A DNA stretch of 64,000 bases, taken from the NCBI GenBank assembly GCA_963743825.1, contig CAVURC010000019.1:37858-101857 (forward strand), in the 5' to 3' direction. A program made the translations under genes and the position numbers. Shown here piece after piece: positions 39,810-49,464 of this stretch. Numbering within the stretch: the first letter of the stretch is position 1; every line of letters starts with the position of its first letter. Origin of the DNA: Ilumatobacteraceae bacterium (lineage in GTDB: Bacteria > Actinomycetota > Acidimicrobiia > Acidimicrobiales > Ilumatobacteraceae). The notes below the pieces were generated by a model. The model worked only from the letters and a program-made list of their open reading frames with translations. It ran no database searches and had not been told where the DNA came from.

Positions 39810-40025
39810 GTGGGCATGTTTCTCGGAGAAGATCTCCTCGCCTGGTTGACGTTGGCATTCGGCGGAGCGCTCTTCGTCGGCAACCTGCTCGCCATCGTCA
39901 AGCCGCCGACCAGGCAACTCGACGACACGAATCTCGAACGGGCGCCCGTGATGCGCAGTGTCGTGTTCGCCGCGATCGGCCTCGTCGCTGCGATCTGGGC
40001 GGCTGCGTCGCTCGTCAGTTCCTGA
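39810..40025 (+). CDS. possible small 2-TM membrane protein
   Basis: 71-aa ORF with two hydrophobic helices. Its start is only 3 nt from the trkH start, so it could be an artefact. Confidence 0.25.
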   Translation: MGMFLGEDLLAWLTLAFGGALFVGNLLAIVKPPTRQLDDTNLERAPVMRSVVFAAIGLVAAIWAAASLVSS

Positions 40026-40652
40026 TCAGTCGGCGGCGAACACCGAGATCGTCACCTGATTGCCGGACTCGTCCTCGACGTAGTTGATACCGACCGTCCA
40101 GACGTCGCTGGAGTACACGCGGTTCGCAGTTCCGTCCGCCTTGAACTCCGATGTCGAATCGAATCCGGCGTCTTCGAGCTGCGACCCGTAGTCGTCGAGG
40201 AAGTCCTCGCCGTCGACGGTTCCGCTGACGGTGATTGCATCAGAACCTGTGTCCGAGACCACGAACGCCGAGGCGATCGTCAGGCCATCCGGGGCAGGAA
40301 CGTCGCTCGGCCATTCGTCGGGAAGCTCGGTCGTCGCACCCCCGCTGAAGCTTCCGTCCTCGCCCTCGACGGTCATCGAACCATCGTCGGAGTCGGCGTT
40401 GCCCGTGATGGTCTCGCCGTTCTCGTCGGTGACGACGAAGTTGCCGTCCTCGTCGATGGTCATCGAGCCGTCCTCGGTCTGGATCGCGATGCCACCGTCG
40501 TCGGTGTTGATGTCGACGTCGCCGCCACTCTGTTGTTCGATCAGTTCTTCGACGCCCTGCTCGCCCGAGTCACCGCAGGCGGTCAACACCGTTGCGCCGG
40601 CAACGAGGACGAGGAGACCCCGTGAGACGCTGATCGTGCGTTTGTTCGTCAT
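40026..40652 (-). CDS. acidic secreted lipoprotein, hypothetical
   Basis: Lipobox LTACG. Asp/Glu/Gly-rich mature region. Confidence 0.55.
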   Translation of the reverse strand: MTNKRTISVSRGLLVLVAGATVLTACGDSGEQGVEELIEQQSGGDVDINTDDGGIAIQTEDGSMTIDEDGNFVVTDENGETITGNADSDDGSMTVEGEDGSFSGGATTELPDEWPSDVPAPDGLTIASAFVVSDTGSDAITVSGTVDGEDFLDDYGSQLEDAGFDSTSEFKADGTANRVYSSDVWTVGINYVEDESGNQVTISVFAAD

Positions 40653-40759
40653 GTGCAGAACCTAGATCGGATCAGGTCAGCGGCGGAAGGGTCATGTGGC
40701 ACTTGTCGACGGCGGTGCCAGAAACCCTGTCGGGGGTACGGATCTGGAAGATTGGTGCC

Positions 40760-41353
40760 ATGAGTTCGCCGCTGCGCCTGACCTTCCTGCAGTCGGCGAG
40801 CCGTGCCGATCAGCTCCCCGCGTCCCCGATCGAGGTGGCATTCGTGGGGCGCTCGAACGTCGGCAAGTCGTCGCTCGTCAACGCGCTCGCCAACCGCAAG
40901 CAGCTCGCACGGGTGTCGAACACGCCCGGGCGCACGCAGCTCATCAACCTGTTCGAGGTGGAGAGCGCTCGGCCCGAGCGGGGCACGATGGTCGATCTGC
41001 CTGGTTACGGATTCGCCAAGGCGGCCAAGAGCGTCAAGCGCGACTGGCCGGAGATGATCGAGGGGTACCTGCTCGAACGGAGCAACCTCGCCATGGTGTT
41101 CGTGCTCGTCGACGGCGCGATCGGGCCGACCACACTCGACGTTCAGATGCTCGACTGGCTCCGCTACAACGGCGTTGCCCACACCGTGGTCGCCACGAAG
41201 TTCGACAAGGTGAAGTCGTCGAAGCGGGCGACGCGCAAGAAGGAACTGGCGGCGGGTTGCCAGCTCGATCAGGGCGATGTGGTGTGGGTGAGCGCATCGA
41301 AGGGCGACGGGATCGACGCGCTCCGTTCGCTCGTACGGAACTGGGTCGGCTGA
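40760..41353 (+). CDS. engB: ribosome biogenesis GTP-binding protein YsxC/EngB
   Basis: G1 GRSNVGKSS, G3 DLPGYG, G4 TKFDK. Confidence 0.8.
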   Translation: MSSPLRLTFLQSASRADQLPASPIEVAFVGRSNVGKSSLVNALANRKQLARVSNTPGRTQLINLFEVESARPERGTMVDLPGYGFAKAAKSVKRDWPEMIEGYLLERSNLAMVFVLVDGAIGPTTLDVQMLDWLRYNGVAHTVVATKFDKVKSSKRATRKKELAAGCQLDQGDVVWVSASKGDGIDALRSLVRNWVG

Positions 41354-41371
41354 GTTCGTTAGCGTCGACGC

Positions 41372-42511
41372 ATGCCGTCCGTCGTACTGCCCTGCCGTCT
41401 CGATCACCGGAACCGGCTTGTTCACGCCACCGGAGTCGATCAGCAACGCCGAGCTCGCGGCGTCGCTCACCGAGTCGGCCTTGAAGTGGAACGCCGAGCA
41501 CGCCGAGGAGATCGCCGCCGGCGAACTCGCAGAGCGACCGTTGCCCGACGAGGAGTTCATCCTCAAGGCGTCGGGGATCAGGTCGCGATACGTGATGGAG
41601 AAGTCGGGGGTGCTCGACCCGGCCCGGATGCGGCCGCGCCTCGAGACCCGGTCGGACGACGAGCTGGGCCTTCAGGCCGAGATGTCGATGCCGGCAATTC
41701 TCGAGGCGTTGGCGCAGGCCGGTCGTGAGCCCACCGACGTCGACGCGGTGATCGTCGGCTGCTCCAATCTGCAGCGCGCGTATCCCGCCGTCGCCATCGA
41801 GATCCAAGACGCACTCGGCGCGGCCGGCTGGGGCTACGACATGAACGTGGCGTGCTCCTCGGCGACGTTCTCGATCCAGGCTGCGGTCGATGCCCTCCGC
41901 AATGGGAGCGCGAATTGCGTCGTCGTGGTCAATCCGGAGATCACGTCGGGCCACAACAACTTCGAGTTGCGCGACTTCCACTTCATCTTCGGTGACGCCT
42001 GCACGGCGCTCGTGTTGGAACGAACCGACGATGCAGTGGCGCTCGCGCAGTGGGAGGTGCTCGGCACGAAGCTGGCCACCAAGTTCTCCAACAACATCCG
42101 CAACGACTTCGGCTTCCTCAATTCCTCCGAGGTGGTCGAACGCGACGCACACGAGCTCGTGTTCCGCCAGAACGGTCAGATGGTCTTCCGCGAGGTCTGT
42201 CCGATGGTTGCTGCGCACATCACGACCCATCTCGACGCGCTCGGTCTCGACGCGGCGGATGTTCGGCGCTTCTGGCTGCACCAGGCGAACCTCAAGATGA
42301 ACCAACTCATCGCCAAGGGCGTGCTCGGTCGTCTCCCGACCGACGACGAGGCGCCCGTGATCCTCGACGAGTACGCCAACACGAGCTCGGCCGGTTCGGT
42401 CATCGCCTTCCATCTGCATCGCGGCGACCTCGACAACCGGCGATCTCGGCGTGATCTGCTCGTTCGGCGCCGGCTACTCCGTCGGCAGCGTCATCGTTCG
42501 GCGCCACTGAC
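41372..42511 (+). pseudogene. beta-ketoacyl-ACP synthase III-like (FabH family) with two frameshifts (near 41400 and 42438)
   Basis: MPSVVLP in frame 41372, then ITGTGLFTPPE... in frame 41418. Cys-His-Asn triad (NVACSSATF, WLHQAN, YANTSSAG). True C-terminus GDLGVICSFGAGYSVGSVIVRRH* in a third frame; the extra A in gacaaccgg restores HRGDLDTGDL. Confidence 0.65.
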
Positions 42512-42620
42512 CACCAGCCGCCCCCGCCCCTCTCTTTCGTTTGCGGGAGGTTTCCGTTGGGGCGGGCCAACCGAACCGTCACGCAAACCTGGAGTTCGGG
42601 GGGGTGGGGGAGTTGGGCGG

Positions 42621-43187
42621 TCAGCGGGGAGCGTTCACCCGGATGAAGTCGTCGATCACTGCGTCGGCGTAGCACCGGTCGAACACCTCGCCGGCCATGA
42701 AGCGGGCGAACAGGAAGCTTCCGAAGATCCCCGCCAGGCTTCGCCCGACATCCAGATCGCGGCGGAGTTCACCGTCGGAGATCGCCTTGGCGACAATCGC
42801 TCGGAACACATGCTCGAACTCGGCGAGGAACTGGTTGCGCACCGCCACCACCGCCGGGTCGTGGAGTGATCGTTCCATCATGTTGGCGATCATCGGCGCG
42901 CGTTGTTCGTCGACCAGGTCGCAGATCAGATGCTCGCACAGGATCCCGAGGTCGGTCCGCAGCGAGCCGGTGAGGTCGGCGACTGCGGGTGGCGCCTTGC
43001 CGATCGAGTCGATCGTTGCCCGCAGGAGGTCCTCGCGGGTTCGCCAGTGGTTGTACACCGTCGTGCGGCTGACCTTCGCCGCCGATGCGACGCTCGCGTG
43101 GGTGACTGCGCCGGGTCCGTCCGCCACGAGAAGTTCGCGCGGCGGCAGCGATGACGAGCGCGCGTGTGCGTTCGACTCGAGGGTCAC
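42621..43187 (-). CDS. TetR family transcriptional regulator
   Basis: HTH THASVASAAKVSRTTVYNHW. Divergent from mmpL. Confidence 0.8.
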   Translation of the reverse strand: MTLESNAHARSSSLPPRELLVADGPGAVTHASVASAAKVSRTTVYNHWRTREDLLRATIDSIGKAPPAVADLTGSLRTDLGILCEHLICDLVDEQRAPMIANMMERSLHDPAVVAVRNQFLAEFEHVFRAIVAKAISDGELRRDLDVGRSLAGIFGSFLFARFMAGEVFDRCYADAVIDDFIRVNAPR

Positions 43188-43287
43188 CGGGACGTCGGGC
43201 GTTGCTCATGGTTGTGGAGGGCATCGGCAGTGTGCGGTGGCGACGACGGTGTGTCGTGTGACACGTCACCGAAAGTTTGCTTGTGAT

Positions 43288-43314
43288 TGTCCAATCTACT
43301 GGACAGAATGTCCA
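43288..43314. promoter_or_regulatory. TetR-type operator: TGTCCA-ATCTAC-TGGACA overlapping TGGACA-GAA-TGTCCA
   Basis: Three TGGACA/TGTCCA half-sites in the tetR-mmpL intergenic region, ending 4 nt before mmpL ATG 43318. Confidence 0.55.
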
Positions 43315-43317
43315 ACA

Positions 43318-45741
43318 ATGTCAACGATCTCGATGTCCCCACCGGACGCTCCCTCCGACTCGTCCGAGTCGGGCACCACCGAGTCCCTGTGGGCGCGACT
43401 CGGCCGGTTCAGTTTTCGCCGGCGGCGGTATGTGCTCGGTGCGTGGATCGCCACGTTCGTGGCTGTCTTCGTGCTCGTCGGGTCGATCGGTGCATCGAGC
43501 GACAGCTCCTTCTCGATCCCGGACTCGGAGTCCAAGAGCGGCTTCGACACGCTCGACGAGTACTTCGGCGGTGCGGGCAGTGGCCGCTCGGGCACGATCG
43601 TGTTCCTCGCCGATCGAGGCGTCGACGATCCCGACGTGCAAGCGACGATGACCCAGCTGTTCGACGAGGTCGCCCAGATCGAGGGCGTCACGATCACCAG
43701 TCCGTACTCGCCCGAAGGACAGATACGCGGACAGGTCGCAACGGAGGGTGAACTCGCCGGCCTGGTCGCCTACGCCCAGGTCGATCTCGACCAGAACCTG
43801 TCGGAAACGCAGTCCGGAGAGATCGGCGTGGAGATCGGCAACATGCTGCCGACCGACGTCGACGGACTCCAGATCGAGGTGGGCGGTCAGGCGCTCGGCG
43901 AGTTCGAACCGCCCGAATCCGAACTCATCGGCATTGCCTTCGCGATCGTGGTGTTGATCCTCGCCTTCGGTTCGGTGCTTGCGATGGGCCTCCCGATCGG
44001 CGTCGCCCTCTTCGGCGTGGGCATCGGCGCCGGCATCATCACGCTGCTGTCGAACGTGATCTCAGTCCCTGACTTCGCCGTGACGCTCGGTGCGATGATC
44101 GGCCTCGGCGTCGGAATCGACTACGCGCTGTTCATCGTCACCCGTTACCGAGAAGGCCTCAAGACCGGCCAGTCACCCGAAGAGGCAACGGTGACGGCTC
44201 TCGACACCGCCGGTCGCGCCGTCGTGTTCGCCGGGTTCACCGTGGTCATCTCGCTGCTCGGCATGTACATCATGGGCCTGGCGTTCATCAACGGCCTGGC
44301 AACCGGCGCCGCCATCACCGTGCTGGTCACGATGATCGCGTCGGTCACGTTGCTCCCGGCGTTCCTCGGGTTCGCCCAGCACAAGATCGAAGTCACTCGC
44401 TGGCGCGGCATCCTCGCCGCCGGATTCGTCGCCATCGCACTGCTCGGTGTCGGCCTCGGCATCCAGCCGCTCCTGGTCGGCGCCCCGATCGCCGTGATCA
44501 TCCTGGTCGCCTCACTCGCGTACGCGCCCCTTCGCAAGGAGCTGCCTCCGCGCAAGGAGAAGCCGCTGCGCCAGTCGCTTGCGTATCGGTGGAGCCGGTT
44601 CGTCCAGCATCGTCCGTGGTCGATCGCGATCATCACGACCATCTTCCTGCTGGTGCTGGCGATCCCCGTGCTCAGCCTGCGACTCGGGTTCAGCGACGAG
44701 AGCAACTTCGCCGAGGGGAGCACGACCCGCGAGGCGTTCGAGCTGACCAGCGAGGCGTTCGGGCCCGGCGCCAATGGCCCGCTCATCCTCACCGCCGAGC
44801 TGTCGCAGCCGCAGGACTTCCAGGTCCTGGTCGCCCTCACCGAGACGCTCGAGCAGACCGACGGCGTCGCCGAGGTGCTCGGTCCGGTGCCGAACACCTT
44901 CGGCGATCCCGCATCGGCGAGCGCCGCGATCATCCGGGTGACACCGACGACGGGCCCCCAGGACGCGGCGACCGACGAGCTCGTCAAGTCGTTGCGTTCC
45001 GACGTGGTTCCCTCGGTCACCGACGGCACGGACGTCGTCGTGAACGTGTCGGGAGCGGTTGCCGCCAACATCGACTTCAGCAGCTACCTCGCGCAGCGGC
45101 TCCCCATCTTCTTCATTGCGGTGCTGTCGCTGTCGTTCCTGCTGTTGATGATGGTGTTCCGCTCACTGCTCGTTCCGCTCAAGGCCGTGATCATGAACAT
45201 GCTGTCGATCGGGGCCGCCTACGGCATCGTGGTGATGGTGTTCCAGTGGGGCTGGGGTGCATCGCTGTTCAACACTGCCGGTGGACCGATCGAGCCGTTC
45301 CTTCCGATGATGATGTTCGCCATCGTGTTCGGCCTGTCGATGGACTACGAGGTCTTCCTGCTGTCACGCGTGAAGGAGGAGTACGACCGCACGGGCGACC
45401 CGGTCAACTCCGTGTCCGATGGTCTCGCCGCAACGGCCCGCGTGATCACCGCTGCCGCGGCGATCATGATCGTGGTGTTCGGCAGCTTCGTGCTCGAGGA
45501 CAATCGCATCATCAAGATGTTCGGGCTCGGCCTGTCGTCGGCCGTGTTCCTCGATGCAACCCTCGTGCGCATGCTGCTCGTGCCGGCGACGATGGAACTG
45601 CTCGGCGCCCGCAACTGGTGGCTGCCGCGCTGGCTCGACCGACTGCTCCCGACGCTCAACGTCGAGGGCGGCACACACGCCTCGGCCATCTCGCTCGCCC
45701 ACGACGAAGAGCAGCGAGACAAGGAACTCGTCGACGCCTGA
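43318..45741 (+). CDS. MMPL family RND transporter
   Basis: 12 TM helices with two large extracytoplasmic loops and the conserved GxxIDYALF motif. Confidence 0.85.
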   Translation: MSTISMSPPDAPSDSSESGTTESLWARLGRFSFRRRRYVLGAWIATFVAVFVLVGSIGASSDSSFSIPDSESKSGFDTLDEYFGGAGSGRSGTIVFLADRGVDDPDVQATMTQLFDEVAQIEGVTITSPYSPEGQIRGQVATEGELAGLVAYAQVDLDQNLSETQSGEIGVEIGNMLPTDVDGLQIEVGGQALGEFEPPESELIGIAFAIVVLILAFGSVLAMGLPIGVALFGVGIGAGIITLLSNVISVPDFAVTLGAMIGLGVGIDYALFIVTRYREGLKTGQSPEEATVTALDTAGRAVVFAGFTVVISLLGMYIMGLAFINGLATGAAITVLVTMIASVTLLPAFLGFAQHKIEVTRWRGILAAGFVAIALLGVGLGIQPLLVGAPIAVIILVASLAYAPLRKELPPRKEKPLRQSLAYRWSRFVQHRPWSIAIITTIFLLVLAIPVLSLRLGFSDESNFAEGSTTREAFELTSEAFGPGANGPLILTAELSQPQDFQVLVALTETLEQTDGVAEVLGPVPNTFGDPASASAAIIRVTPTTGPQDAATDELVKSLRSDVVPSVTDGTDVVVNVSGAVAANIDFSSYLAQRLPIFFIAVLSLSFLLLMMVFRSLLVPLKAVIMNMLSIGAAYGIVVMVFQWGWGASLFNTAGGPIEPFLPMMMFAIVFGLSMDYEVFLLSRVKEEYDRTGDPVNSVSDGLAATARVITAAAAIMIVVFGSFVLEDNRIIKMFGLGLSSAVFLDATLVRMLLVPATMELLGARNWWLPRWLDRLLPTLNVEGGTHASAISLAHDEEQRDKELVDA

Positions 45742-45750
45742 CCGGAGGCG

Positions 45751-45783
45751 CATTACAACACGGGTCAGACCCCTGTTGTAATG
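45751..45783. terminator. 33-bp near-perfect AT-rich palindrome between convergent mmpL and phyH-like genes
   Basis: CATTACAACACGGGTC-A-GACCCCTGTTGTAATG, one mismatch. Overlaps the last codons of the PhyH-like gene. Confidence 0.5.
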
Positions 45784-46604
45784 GTGCCGAACGACATCGA
45801 GCCGGTGGCGCCGCGGATCGCTTCGATCGGGTCGCGTACGTCGTCGATGTAGCCCAACGCGTAGGCGCCGGTGCGGTATCCCATCAGTCGCAGCAGGTCG
45901 TCGGGCAGCGTTGCCGCCACGTCGTGGGGCACCGACAGGTACTGGTTCTCCTCCTGTCGCAACCAGCCGACGTCATAGGTGATGTTGAGCCCCATCCGGG
46001 TCTCGTCGGATCGGTTGGCTCCGCCACCGTGGTACACCTTGCCCGTGTAGAGCAGGCACGAACCCGCCGACATCTCCGCCGGCACGGTTTCGTCGACGGT
46101 GTGCTCGAAGCTGTTCGGCAGGTCCTGGCTCCCGGGCATCAGCCGTGTCGCGCCGTTCTCCTCCGTGAAGTCGGTGAGCGCCCAGATGGTGTTGCACTGG
46201 ACGTGGTAATCGCTCGGGAACTCGAAGAAGTCGAACGCCCACTGATCGCGATGGATCGACTGACCGGGCGAGTCGGGCCCGATCGAGATCACCTGGGTGA
46301 GGTGCAACTGGTAGCTCTGTGCACGCTCGAGCAGCCTGGCGGTCGCGTCGAGGATCATCGGGTGCTGGATCAGTTCGTGGCTGGCCGGTGAGCGTGCGAC
46401 GAGCGCGCCCGTACGCCGCGTGTTGCGTCCCGAGAACTCGTCGCTCCCCGGCGGCGTCGCGTCGATGTACGGCCTCATCTCCGAGGTGATCCGATGGATC
46501 AGCTCGACCTCGGCGAGGTCGTCGATGATCAGCGCCCCGTCATGCAGCAGCACGTCGTGGATCTGGTCGGTGGACGCCGTGTTGGGTAGGTGGACGACAC
46601 TCAT
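45765..46604 (-). CDS. phytanoyl-CoA dioxygenase (PhyH) family Fe(II)/2OG oxygenase
   Basis: HRDQ...D and ...H motifs and the PhyH fold. Start at MSVVHL. Confidence 0.7.
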   Translation of the reverse strand: MSVVHLPNTASTDQIHDVLLHDGALIIDDLAEVELIHRITSEMRPYIDATPPGSDEFSGRNTRRTGALVARSPASHELIQHPMILDATARLLERAQSYQLHLTQVISIGPDSPGQSIHRDQWAFDFFEFPSDYHVQCNTIWALTDFTEENGATRLMPGSQDLPNSFEHTVDETVPAEMSAGSCLLYTGKVYHGGGANRSDETRMGLNITYDVGWLRQEENQYLSVPHDVAATLPDDLLRLMGYRTGAYALGYIDDVRDPIEAIRGATGSMSFGTITTGV

Positions 46605-46640
46605 GATGAAACGGTACCGAACCGTCACACCGAGCCAGGG

Positions 46641-47597
46641 ATGCAAGACTCGTCGATCGTGGCAGCCATCATCGAGACCCGGGGCCTCGTGATGCAGTTC
46701 ACGTCGACCCGGGCGCTGGACGCGCTCGACGTCTCGATCCCCAACGGAGTCACCGGGCTGGTCGGCGCGAACGGCGCCGGCAAGACAACGCTGATCTCCC
46801 TCGTGCTCGGCCTCCTGAAACCCACGACCGGTTCGATCTCGGTGCTCGGGCTGGATCCCGAGGCGGATGGGCCAGAACTTCGGGCGATGATCGGGTACGG
46901 ACCGGAACGAAACGTCTTCCCCGACGACCTGCGGGCCTACGACTTCGTGCGCCATCTCGCCGAGGTGAAGGGGCTCCCGCGTGACGAGGCCCGCAGCCGC
47001 GCGAGCGACTCGCTCTATCTCGTGGGTCTCGGTGAGGAGCGATTCCGGGCTCTCGGCACGATGTCGACCGGCCAACGTCAGCGCGTGAAGCTGGCCCAGG
47101 CGATCGCCGCCGACCCGCGACTGATCGTGCTCGACGAACCGACCGACGGCCTCGATCCCGTGCAACGCGACGAGATGCTCAACATCATCGTGCAGGTGAA
47201 CCGTGAGTTCGGGATCGACGTGATGCTGTCGTCGCACGTGCTCGAGGAAGTCGAGCGGGTCTGCGACCACGTCGTCGCGCTGGCCGAGGGTCGCCTCGTG
47301 GCGCAGGGTTCGATGGCCGAACTCGCCGGCGCATCGGGGGGCATCGAACTCGAACTCGTCGAGTTGCTCGACCGGCCGACGTCGATCGACGACGTCGTGG
47401 CCCTGCTGTCGGCGGCAGGAGTCGGCGTCACACGATCCGGATCGTCACTCTCGGTCGTCGGTCTGGCCGATGACGACCTGTTCGACCTCACGGCTCGATG
47501 CGTCGCCCAGGCCGGAGCCCGCCTGCGCCGGCTCGGCCAGCATCGCCGCTCACTCGACGACATCTTCTCCATGGCAGAGCCCGGAGCACCGACGTGA
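46641..47597 (+). CDS. ABC transporter ATP-binding protein (unit 1)
   Basis: Walker A GANGAGKTT, signature MSTGQRQRV, Walker B LIVLDEPT. Confidence 0.8.
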   Translation: MQDSSIVAAIIETRGLVMQFTSTRALDALDVSIPNGVTGLVGANGAGKTTLISLVLGLLKPTTGSISVLGLDPEADGPELRAMIGYGPERNVFPDDLRAYDFVRHLAEVKGLPRDEARSRASDSLYLVGLGEERFRALGTMSTGQRQRVKLAQAIAADPRLIVLDEPTDGLDPVQRDEMLNIIVQVNREFGIDVMLSSHVLEEVERVCDHVVALAEGRLVAQGSMAELAGASGGIELELVELLDRPTSIDDVVALLSAAGVGVTRSGSSLSVVGLADDDLFDLTARCVAQAGARLRRLGQHRRSLDDIFSMAEPGAPT

Positions 47598-48469
47598 GCG
47601 GTCGCGGCGACGCCCAGATCGTCGAGCGGGGTTTCCAGCGGTACGAGGGCCGCCGGTCCGGCGTGCCCGGCGCGATCCGAAGCGTCAGCTGGGAGAGCAT
47701 TCGTGCCACGCTCGGCCTCGGTCGACCGGCGCGCACGAAGATCTTCCCGGTCATCGCCGTGGTCATCGCCTACCTGCCCGCGATCGTGTTCGTCGGGATC
47801 GCCGTCTTGATCCCGGGTGACATCCTCGACCCCGAGGAGGTTGCCGACTACCCGGGCTATTACGGATTCATCATCCTCGCCATCGTGCTCTTCGCCGCGC
47901 TCGTGGCACCCGAGGTGCTCGTGTCGGATCGGCGCAACGGCATGCTCGCGATGTACCTGTCGACTCCGCTCGATCGGCGCACCTACCTCACCGCGAAAGG
48001 GGTTGCCGTCGTCGCGACGCTCAGCCTCGTCACGGTCGGCCCGCCGCTCCTGCTGCTGATCGGCTACACCGTCGAAGGCGTCGGGCCGTCCGGGCCCGAC
48101 GACTGGCTGTTCACCCTGGGACGCATCCTGCTGTCGGGTGCTGCCATCTCGGCCGCGTTGGCGGCAGTGTCGATGGCGGCGTCGAGCCTGACGGACCGTC
48201 GGGCATTCGCCGCGATCGGCATCGTGCTGCTGGTGCTGGCATCGCCGATCCTCGCCGCCGCGCTCGTCGAAGGCGCCGACCTGTCGCCGTCGTGGCGTCT
48301 GATCGACATCTCCACGATGCCGTTCGAGCTGGTCTTCCGGATCTACGACCAGCCCGGCAACTTCCCGGAACTGTCGACCTGGAGCGTGGTTCTCAGCAAT
48401 CTCGTCTGGACACTCGGTGGCGTGGCCGTCGTGTGGTGGCGCTACTCCAAGCTGGTGATCGCCCGATGA
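47594..48469 (+). CDS. ABC-2 type transporter permease (unit 1)
   Basis: Six TM helices. GTGA overlap with the upstream stop. Confidence 0.7.
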   Translation: MSGRGDAQIVERGFQRYEGRRSGVPGAIRSVSWESIRATLGLGRPARTKIFPVIAVVIAYLPAIVFVGIAVLIPGDILDPEEVADYPGYYGFIILAIVLFAALVAPEVLVSDRRNGMLAMYLSTPLDRRTYLTAKGVAVVATLSLVTVGPPLLLLIGYTVEGVGPSGPDDWLFTLGRILLSGAAISAALAAVSMAASSLTDRRAFAAIGIVLLVLASPILAAALVEGADLSPSWRLIDISTMPFELVFRIYDQPGNFPELSTWSVVLSNLVWTLGGVAVVWWRYSKLVIAR

Positions 48470-49464
48470 GTGAGTTGCCTCCACCACCTCGTGCGTTGCC
48501 GGCCCCGACACCGGCAACGGCGGCAGTCATCGCGGGCCAACAGCAGGTTGCCGGAATGATCGCAGTGAACCAGGTGTCCAAGTTCTTCGGATCGGTCGTC
48601 GCAGTGAGCGAGGTGAGCTTCGCTATCGAAGCCGGCGTCACTGCGCTGCTCGGCCCGAACGGTGCGGGTAAGTCAACGCTGTTCCGCATGCTCTGCGGAC
48701 TCACGCCACCCTCGCGGGGATCGGTCCAAGTGCTCGGCTCCGATCCTCGTCGCGACCGCAACGTGCGCGGTCGGGTGTCACTCGTACCGCAGCAGGACGC
48801 TCTGTTCGATCATCTCAGTGCCTCGTCGTTCCTGGAGTTCGCCGCTCGCACCCACGGCGTGAGCGATCCCACGCTCGCGGCCGCCGAGGCGCTCGCCAAG
48901 GTCGAACTCGACGACGTCGGCCCCAAGCCGGTCGGCCAGTTCTCGAAAGGGATGCGACAGCGGGTCAAGGTGGCTGCCGCGCTCGTCAACGATCCCGAAG
49001 TCCTGATCCTCGACGAACCGCTCACCGGTCTCGATCCGGTGCAACGCCGCCACATGATCTCGCTGTTCCACGACCTCGGCGACGATGGCCGCTGCGTGTT
49101 GGTGTCGAGCCACGTCCTCGACGAAGTGGCGAAGCTCGGTTCGCGGGTACTGGTGATCGCCCAGGGTCGGCTCATCGCCACCGGCGACTACCGGGATCTG
49201 CGCGAACTCATGGATGATCGCGCGCATCGCATCCGTATCGCCGCATCCGAACCCCGCCGTTTGGCCACCGCACTCGTCGAGCGGGGCCTCGTGAGCGGGG
49301 TGTCGATCGACGACGACACGGTGATGGTCGACACGCTCGACGTCGATGCGCTGGGGCGTCAACTCGCGGGCCTGAGCGTCGAGCTCGGGGTGCGTCTGAC
49401 GGAGGTCAGCCCGCTGGACGACGACCTCGAATCGGTGTTCCGCTACCTGGTGGAGGGACGATGA
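48466..49464 (+). CDS. ABC transporter ATP-binding protein (unit 2)
   Basis: Walker A GPNGAGKST, signature FSKGMRQRV, Walker B LILDEPL. ATGA overlap. Confidence 0.8.
   Translation: MSELPPPPRALPAPTPATAAVIAGQQQVAGMIAVNQVSKFFGSVVAVSEVSFAIEAGVTALLGPNGAGKSTLFRMLCGLTPPSRGSVQVLGSDPRRDRNVRGRVSLVPQQDALFDHLSASSFLEFAARTHGVSDPTLAAAEALAKVELDDVGPKPVGQFSKGMRQRVKVAAALVNDPEVLILDEPLTGLDPVQRRHMISLFHDLGDDGRCVLVSSHVLDEVAKLGSRVLVIAQGRLIATGDYRDLRELMDDRAHRIRIAASEPRRLATALVERGLVSGVSIDDDTVMVDTLDVDALGRQLAGLSVELGVRLTEVSPLDDDLESVFRYLVEGR

Noticed and set aside
39794-39816. Divergent promoter between trkH and the 71-aa ORF
   Set aside because: Starts are only 3 nt apart. Either trkH starts at the downstream ATG (39794) or the small ORF is spurious; it is kept at low confidence only.
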